From Dehalococcoidia bacterium (GTDB taxonomy: Bacteria; Chloroflexota; Dehalococcoidia; Lucifugimonadales; UBA3495): a DNA stretch of 64,000 nucleotides. Location of the stretch: NCBI GenBank assembly GCA_965221025.1, contig CBDCRJ010000001.1:197850-261849 (forward strand). The letters are read 5' to 3'. This document shows, one piece after another, positions 18,286 through 24,157 of the stretch. The notes below the pieces were generated by a model. That model was not told where the DNA came from. It did not search any database and saw only the letters and a list, made by a program, of their open reading frames with translations. Within the stretch, counting starts at the first letter, position 1; each line of letters begins with the position of its first letter. The position numbers and the translations under genes were made by a program.

Positions 18286-18328
18286 AGTCCCGTAGCGACA
18301 TGCACAAGATGGACGAAGGCGATAGACA

Positions 18329-19855
18329 ATGAGAGCGGTTTCTGCTCGGCAACAGGGGGACACATACCAGGGACGCGTGTTCTGGCTAGAGGCTTGCCGC
18401 CTGTTCCAACGTCACACGAAAGTTGCAGGCGTTGGGTGCGAGATCGATGATGTCCCCCATTTCGACGATGTCGCTGTCGTCTACTCTGAGCCAATCAGGG
18501 ACGCCCACGGCGAGTTGGTCTCCGCCGACTACTATCAAATCAAATGGCACGTTGACCATGGCGGGGCGCTCACTTGCGACGCCCTGACGGACCCGTCCTT
18601 TATCGGCTCCAAGAGCACCTCACTCCTCCAGCGGCTGCATGAGGCCGTCAAGACGACATCGGCGAGAAACGAGACTGCAAGGTTCAACTTCATGACCACC
18701 TGGAGCATCCCCGCCGATGACGTCCTGGCGAAGCTAGTGAGTGGACGCGATGGGGAGTTGAGGCTCGATGTCCTCTTTGGTCAGGACACATCCGCTCGGT
18801 TCTCTCGGGTCATAGAGCGGTGGTCGCACGACCTGGGGGTGGGCCACGAGGAATTGCGAAGCGTGTTGGCCCGCCTGCGAATCTGTGCCAACTCTTACAG
18901 CCTCGATCATCTGACCAGGACACTGAGTGAGCATTTGGCGAGGGCCGGCTTCCGCGCAGTTGACCATGGCAGCCGAGCGAATCCATACGACAGCCTGATC
19001 GAACGTCTGCTCTCCGAGGGGCGGAGCAAGTTCACGGCACTGGAGATCCAGACCATCTGCAGCGAGGAAGGACTATGGACGGGCCCGGAATCGGACTGCG
19101 AGGCTCCCCTCGTCGGCATCAGGAGTTTCCTCCGGTTTGCTGAGCACATGGAAGACGAAGTTGACCACCTGTTGGACCTAGCAGGTCTGTTCGATGGTAG
19201 GGAGATTGGTGCACCAGAATACTGGAACACCAAAGTCGGCCCCAAGATACATGAGTTCATGACGAGGTCGGTCGCCCCCCTCGGTCAGTGCAATCTGTAC
19301 CTCTCCGCGCACAGCTCCATCGCTTTTGCGGCCGGGTACGAACTGGACCCTAAGTCCGGCACACGCGTCTCACTCGTCCAGAACACCGCCGCCGGTAGAT
19401 CGATTTGGGACTCCTCCTCCGTGACGGCGAGTCCCGACTCCAATCCCTGGAGGGTCTCAGGTATCAGTACGCACCCGAACGGTCGTGAAGTCGGCATCGT
19501 CCTGTCGGTAACCCATGACGCAAGCTCTGAGGTTCTGGCGCATGTTCAGGAGCACATCCCACAACTGGGCCACCTGCTTACCTTCACCATTTCGCCCGAT
19601 ATAGGCCCGATGGCAGTAAGGGACGGGGACCACGCGTGGATACTGGCACAGGAGTTGGTGAAGACCGTTCGGGAGCGGCATCCGAGGCACACCCCTACGG
19701 GTCCTTTGCACATATTCAGCGCTGCCCCAAATGGACTGGTTTTCCTCGTGGGGAGGCTTGCCCGTAGCCTCGGGCCCATACAGTTGTACGAGCACGACTT
19801 TGAGTCCAACTGGCCCTCTAGGTATCGGAAATCGCTCTCACTACCTATCGGATAG
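18329..19855 (+). CDS. cap4: CBASS effector Cap4-like: N-terminal PD-(D/E)xK endonuclease (DUF4297-like) fused to SAVED
   Basis: N-terminus GDTYQGRVFWLEA...CEIDDVPHFDDVAVVY...DYYQIKWH (D...QxK nuclease signature). The C-terminus LHIFSAAPNGLVFLVGRLARSLGPIQLYEH is typical of the SAVED end. Confidence 0.8.
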   Translation: MRAVSARQQGDTYQGRVFWLEACRLFQRHTKVAGVGCEIDDVPHFDDVAVVYSEPIRDAHGELVSADYYQIKWHVDHGGALTCDALTDPSFIGSKSTSLLQRLHEAVKTTSARNETARFNFMTTWSIPADDVLAKLVSGRDGELRLDVLFGQDTSARFSRVIERWSHDLGVGHEELRSVLARLRICANSYSLDHLTRTLSEHLARAGFRAVDHGSRANPYDSLIERLLSEGRSKFTALEIQTICSEEGLWTGPESDCEAPLVGIRSFLRFAEHMEDEVDHLLDLAGLFDGREIGAPEYWNTKVGPKIHEFMTRSVAPLGQCNLYLSAHSSIAFAAGYELDPKSGTRVSLVQNTAAGRSIWDSSSVTASPDSNPWRVSGISTHPNGREVGIVLSVTHDASSEVLAHVQEHIPQLGHLLTFTISPDIGPMAVRDGDHAWILAQELVKTVRERHPRHTPTGPLHIFSAAPNGLVFLVGRLARSLGPIQLYEHDFESNWPSRYRKSLSLPIG

Positions 19856-19884
19856 GGAGCAAAACCCAACAAAGGAGCAGAAGG

Positions 19885-21006
19885 ATGGAATTGAACAGCT
19901 ACTTCACGGACTTTCTCAGCAAGATCAGGCCGACGGAGGCCCAGACCAAGGAATTGCAGGAGGCTCACACGCGCCTGCGAGAAAGACTGCTGGCCGACGA
20001 ATACCTCGGCCCCATGATCGTCAGCGTGTTCTTGCAGGGGAGCTATCGGAGGTCGACGTCCATTCGCCCTCAGGGGGACGACAAGCTGGACGTGGACTTG
20101 GTCGCCGTTACACGATTCCGCCGCCAAGACTACCCGGTGGCAGACGACGTGATGAAAGAGTTCGCTTCCTTCCTGAACAAGCACTACAAGGGCAAGTGGA
20201 AGAGGAAGGGACGGTCCATCGGCATAGAGATGTCCAAGGTGAAGCTCGATCTGGTGATCGCGGCGGCACCCTCGGAAGAAGAACCTTGGTCCTCCGATTT
20301 CATCCAGGGGCACTTCACGCCTGACGACTGGCCAATGGACTCTGATGCCTTGCCCAAGTATCTTGCTGATTTCTTCAAAGACCACCGCACGGGAGAACCA
20401 CAGTGGAAGCAGGAGCCTCTCTACATCCCTGACAGGGACACCCATGAATGGCAGCGCACCCATCCCCTGGAACAGTACGGGTGGACCACCAACAAGAACA
20501 GGCGCACGAACGGTCATTTCGTCAACATTGTGAGGTTGGTCAAGTGGTGGTGGAGAACGGCGCATCCCGAACTCGAATATCCGAAGAGCTATCCTCTGGA
20601 GCATTTGGTCGGCGACTGCTGCCCAGACAATGTTGAGAACCTGGCGCAGGGATTCACCCTTGTACTTGAGAAGATGGTCTCCACGTACTCGGCATACGCG
20701 GCTGCAGGGATGGTTCCGTTCGTTCCAGACCGAGGAGTTCCCGAGCACAACGTACTCAAGCGACTGTCTTCAAGTGACTTCTCAAAATTCGTTGACCGTG
20801 TCCAGAACGCCTCTGGTGTGGCGCGGAAGGCCTTGGAGTCGGGCGATTCGTCGGAGAGCGCGAACCTGTGGCAATCGCTTTTGGGTAAGAGGTTCCCGTC
20901 CCCTTCAGGTGGATCATCGGCAGCGGCGGCCGGAGCTGCAGCGGGGACTGCCGGGTTCACACCTCGCCGAGAGCCGACGCGCGTTGGAGGGGGAAGATTC
21001 GCCTAG
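19885..21006 (+). CDS. cdn: CD-NTase (SMODS-family cGAS/DncV-like nucleotidyltransferase)
   Basis: FLQGSYRRSTSIRP (GS motif), DVDLVAV (DxD) and KLDLVIAA (third Asp). Ala/Gly-rich tail ending GGGRFA. AAGGAG lies upstream of the ATG. Confidence 0.85.
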   Translation: MELNSYFTDFLSKIRPTEAQTKELQEAHTRLRERLLADEYLGPMIVSVFLQGSYRRSTSIRPQGDDKLDVDLVAVTRFRRQDYPVADDVMKEFASFLNKHYKGKWKRKGRSIGIEMSKVKLDLVIAAAPSEEEPWSSDFIQGHFTPDDWPMDSDALPKYLADFFKDHRTGEPQWKQEPLYIPDRDTHEWQRTHPLEQYGWTTNKNRRTNGHFVNIVRLVKWWWRTAHPELEYPKSYPLEHLVGDCCPDNVENLAQGFTLVLEKMVSTYSAYAAAGMVPFVPDRGVPEHNVLKRLSSSDFSKFVDRVQNASGVARKALESGDSSESANLWQSLLGKRFPSPSGGSSAAAAGAAAGTAGFTPRREPTRVGGGRFA

Positions 21007-21044
21007 CTTCTTGCCACGACCGATCGCTTACTGAGTCCCTCCGC

Positions 21045-22823
21045 GTGGGTCGCAGAGCCTTGGAGTCGGTGCCGGGCATAAAGATGCTGGGGGACTTCGC
21101 CTGGCACGAAGACCGAGCGCTCTGGGCTCTTCACTGCAGGATCGCCGCGGACGTTGAGTCGGGAGGTCTTATACCTCGTACAACCGACTGGTACATCCAT
21201 GTCCGCGATACATACCCGTTCGGTCAAGTCATCTTCTACCCGGCGAAGGTCGGGGGTGTAACGCACACGTTCTATCACCAGAATCACAATGGAGCCGGGC
21301 CCAACGAATTGCCGTGGAGATGTGGACGTCTGTGTGTCGACACAAGCCTTCGCACTCTGGGTCGGCGGTCCTACGATGTCGAGCCGTTCGATCCGGAATC
21401 CAGGCTCGCCTGGCATGTCCGCCGAGTACAGGAGTGGCTTGGCCTAGCGTCACGAGGCGAGCTGGTCCATCTTGGCAACCCCTTCGAGTTGCCACATATT
21501 CCCTTTTCCTCCGGTCCCAAGGTTATCTTCGCCGAGGGACCCGAGAATCTTTCCTTCTGGTTGGGGCGGCACCCGCGTAAGGGCACTGCGAGTGTCCGAA
21601 TCCTAGAGGAAGACCCACCAATTCTCGTGGTGGACGACCTGAACGTGGGCAAGTCTGGAGTAGATATCCAGGCCCCCTGGACCAAACCTCTCGGTAAGGA
21701 AAGCGATCTTGGCGTGGCGTGGATCTGGCTCGACCAGCTACCAGTAGTCGCTCCATGGGCGATACCAACAACATGGGGACAGCTCCGAATGTGCTGCAGG
21801 GCACAGGGGGTTGATCTTGACTCCTTGTTGAGGCCGTTATGCGGCAACCTCAGGGACGGGAAGAGGCATGTTCTGCTTGTTGGATTTCCCGTCCCGGCCA
21901 GAGTTCAGGAACCTGATGCCCAGGTTCACTGGCTCGCGCTCTGGCTCCCGCCCCTGACCTCACGGCCGTTACCTGGATTTCGCCCCACGGAGTCAGGCTA
22001 CTGGAGCCGAGACCGATCGCTGGCATTCGGAGACAGTGTGCCTCTGGAATGGCTTGAGACCGAGAATTGGCACCAGGATGAGATATCAGGCCGGGGGAGG
22101 GTGAATCCATCGGTACGGTCAAAGTCTATTGTGATCATCGGTGGTGGCGCGGTTGGCTCGGTGCTGGCCGAAATCTTAGTCCGCTCAGGCGTCCAGGATG
22201 TGACGATCATGGACCACGACCGCCTGAAAGTTGGCAACCTCGTCAGGCACACTCTTGGAGTTAGCCACCTGGATAAGCCGAAAGCTCGGAATTTGGCAGA
22301 CCGCCTCGATGATGCAGCGGTCCATTCCGTCGTAACTCCCATAGATGCTGCATTTCCCCCGACTGACCGCAAGGACATCAATCGTGTTCTGAACGCCGAT
22401 GTCGTCATCGACTGTACGGCAGACGACTCCGTTGCGGAGCATATGCGTAGGTTCGCTTGGGACGGACCCGTTACCTTCGTGTCGGTATCAGTTGGCTTGA
22501 AGGCGAGGCGAGCGTTCACCTACGTGGCGCACAGCAACACCTTCCCGGCCGACGACTTCGCAAATAGGCTGGATCCCTGGCTCCGATCTGAAATGGATGG
22601 ATACGATGAGGAGTTGCCGCGGGATGGCACAGGGTGTTGGCATGCGCTGATGCCGGCGCGGATCGATGACATCTGGATAATGACCGGGGCGGCTGTAAAG
22701 ACCATAGGATCCGCAATCGCCGAGCCTCCGAGTGAACCCACTCTGGTCGTATTTGAGCAGCAGTACGAGAATGGTGAATTCGTTGGGCTACGTAGAGTGT
22801 CCGCACCCGACGCCATCTCCTAA
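21045..22823 (+). CDS. cap2: Cap2 (E2-like + E1/ThiF-like fusion)
   Basis: E2-like HQNHNGAGPNELPWRCGRLCVDT (HxN...C), then E1 Rossmann IVIIGGGAVGSVLAEILVRSGVQDVTIMDHDRLKVGNLVRH. GTG 21045 or ATG 21084 as start. Confidence 0.85.
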   Translation: MGRRALESVPGIKMLGDFAWHEDRALWALHCRIAADVESGGLIPRTTDWYIHVRDTYPFGQVIFYPAKVGGVTHTFYHQNHNGAGPNELPWRCGRLCVDTSLRTLGRRSYDVEPFDPESRLAWHVRRVQEWLGLASRGELVHLGNPFELPHIPFSSGPKVIFAEGPENLSFWLGRHPRKGTASVRILEEDPPILVVDDLNVGKSGVDIQAPWTKPLGKESDLGVAWIWLDQLPVVAPWAIPTTWGQLRMCCRAQGVDLDSLLRPLCGNLRDGKRHVLLVGFPVPARVQEPDAQVHWLALWLPPLTSRPLPGFRPTESGYWSRDRSLAFGDSVPLEWLETENWHQDEISGRGRVNPSVRSKSIVIIGGGAVGSVLAEILVRSGVQDVTIMDHDRLKVGNLVRHTLGVSHLDKPKARNLADRLDDAAVHSVVTPIDAAFPPTDRKDINRVLNADVVIDCTADDSVAEHMRRFAWDGPVTFVSVSVGLKARRAFTYVAHSNTFPADDFANRLDPWLRSEMDGYDEELPRDGTGCWHALMPARIDDIWIMTGAAVKTIGSAIAEPPSEPTLVVFEQQYENGEFVGLRRVSAPDAIS

Positions 22824-22830
22824 CCTCACC

Positions 22831-23283
22831 ATGTGCTCCCCCGATGGGCGTTTTCGCGTCCAAGTTGGGTATCACCAGTTGGAGGCTCTATTGGATGTGT
22901 GCCGCGAGTCCGGCGACTTGGAGACCGGCGGGGTCCTCGTTGGTCGGTACAACGAGGCGCACGACACCGCGATAGTGACACGGGTATGGGGTCCGCCAGG
23001 AGACTCCGTCAGGAGGCGGACCAGCTTTTGGAGAGGAACCCAAGGCCTGCAACAGCAACTTGACGCCTTGTGGAAGTCCAGGGAATACTACCTTGGTGAA
23101 TGGCATTATCATCCCCGAGGAGCCGGTCAACCCAGCAATGGGGACAAACAGCAGATGGTCCGGATTGCCGAATCGCTTGATTACAACACTCCGGAGCCCG
23201 TGCTCATAGTGGTCGGTGGATCGGACTGGGAAGTGCTGGGCCACGTGTTCCCGCGGCACGGCACAGCCATTGGGCTTGTCTAA
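22831..23283 (+). CDS. cap3: Cap3 (JAB/JAMM isopeptidase)
   Basis: ETGGVLVG plus HYHPRGAGQPSNGD, an exact E...HxHx7Sx2D JAMM motif. ATG 22831 lies 8 nt after the cap2 stop. Confidence 0.85.
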   Translation: MCSPDGRFRVQVGYHQLEALLDVCRESGDLETGGVLVGRYNEAHDTAIVTRVWGPPGDSVRRRTSFWRGTQGLQQQLDALWKSREYYLGEWHYHPRGAGQPSNGDKQQMVRIAESLDYNTPEPVLIVVGGSDWEVLGHVFPRHGTAIGLV

Positions 23284-23621
23284 ACTTAAGCGAAGAATCC
23301 TCGGCAGGCCCTCACCCACCTCGCGTCGGCTACTGCGTGCTCAGCAACGAGCAACCATGAGGCCTTAGTGGGTTCAGAGGCTGCCGAACGACACCTGGAG
23401 GATGGTACCGTGTCTAGCGTCCTCAACCGACCTACAAAGCCCCAAGCCACAATTCGAAGACGGTTCTGTCTATCGTCAAAATAGGCCCACCAGACTTGAT
23501 AAAATCAAGAACTTTCACCCTGCGGGTCAGGTTGGCGCTGTAACCGACGCCTGCCTTGCCCCGGCGTCGGCCCGCCGGGAAACGGCAAATCAGGCCGACA
23601 GGTAACGTACCAAGCAGCGAC

Positions 23622-23658
23622 GAGGCCCCTGCTGTAACGGCGGGGGCCTCTGGTTTGT
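23622..23658 (+). terminator. Intrinsic-terminator-like hairpin (module A)
   Basis: gaggcccctgctg / cggcgggggcctc stem (about 13 bp with wobbles), followed by tggtttgt. Conserved in all three full modules. Confidence 0.5.
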
Positions 23659-23839
23659 CTCAGACCGCCGCTGCCATTTCGACGCTCGCGGCTACGTCCC
23701 GCGGGCTCCCCGCCATTCCCCGGCCGTCAGTCGATGGGAGTCCCGTTGAGCGCCCACGCCGCTTCCTGAACATGCTGGGCTAAGACCTGACGCGACATGG
23801 GCATAGGCGCCTGGTAGTCATTTGCCTATGCAATCACTG

Positions 23840-23874
23840 TAGACAAATGTCTAGTGCAAAATAGACATTTGCAC
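23840..23874. promoter_or_regulatory. Paired palindromes TAGACAAATGTCTA and GTGCAAA-ATAGACA-TTTGCAC (operator candidates)
   Basis: TAGACA-AA-TGTCTA at 23840-23853. A 7-bp inverted repeat around ATAGACA lies at 23854-23874. The same arrangement occurs in modules C and E, and a variant at 35571. Confidence 0.55.
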
Positions 23875-24157
23875 CTTACGTCCGGCTTGGAAGCTCACTA
23901 CGATTTACGTTGGCGAGGGCTGCTTTTCGAGCGGCCAGCCTTGTCATGGGCGCCGAAAACCCAGGCAATCATCCGACGTTGGGCGAGAGGAGCGATGACC
24001 AGTACCGATAGACGAGGAATCCCAATCCTCGACGGAGCAGAGACATCCGTCGCAGCAGCCCGCGTTGCCGTGGTCTCCGCGACCCGGTCCGCCCCCCATT
24101 CGATGAAAGGTCAACCGAAGAGGAGTTAGCAAGGTTCCACTTAGGGAAGTTAAGGAC

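Larger units (their letters stand above)
14954..23484. mobile_element. Defence island inserted at tRNA-Val (OLD + CRP-like + type II CBASS)
   Basis: Flanked by DR1 and DR2. Spot GC counts on 60-nt lines are about 47-58% inside versus about 63-68% in flanking genes. No integrase is visible. Confidence 0.6.
23485..24157 (+). repeat. Conserved upstream module, copy A (DR2 + hairpins + TAGACA palindromes + leader/uORF)
   Basis: Collinear nucleotide homology with 30379-31054 and 37725-38402. Partial copies lie at 35196-35311 and 27647-27765. Confidence 0.8.

Noticed and set aside
19546-20748. 400-aa ORF antisense to cap4 and the CD-NTase.
   Set aside because: It has no recognisable motifs and an odd composition, and it fully overlaps two genes with clear catalytic signatures.
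23556-23783. 75-codon ORF present in all three modules (also 30450-30677 and 37789-38016), and a 25-codon reverse ORF (MPMSRQV...) in the same stretch.
   Set aside because: It has a TTG start, no RBS and a P/A/R-rich product, and the ORF spans two conserved hairpins. Third-position bias is only modest. I treat it as probably non-coding but flagged the ambiguity in a finding.
23895-24000. Known riboswitch in the conserved leader.
   Set aside because: I could not match it to any riboswitch consensus I know (TPP, cobalamin, SAM, c-di-GMP, glycine, guanidine, fluoride, ZTP, Mn). It remains an uncharacterised conserved leader.
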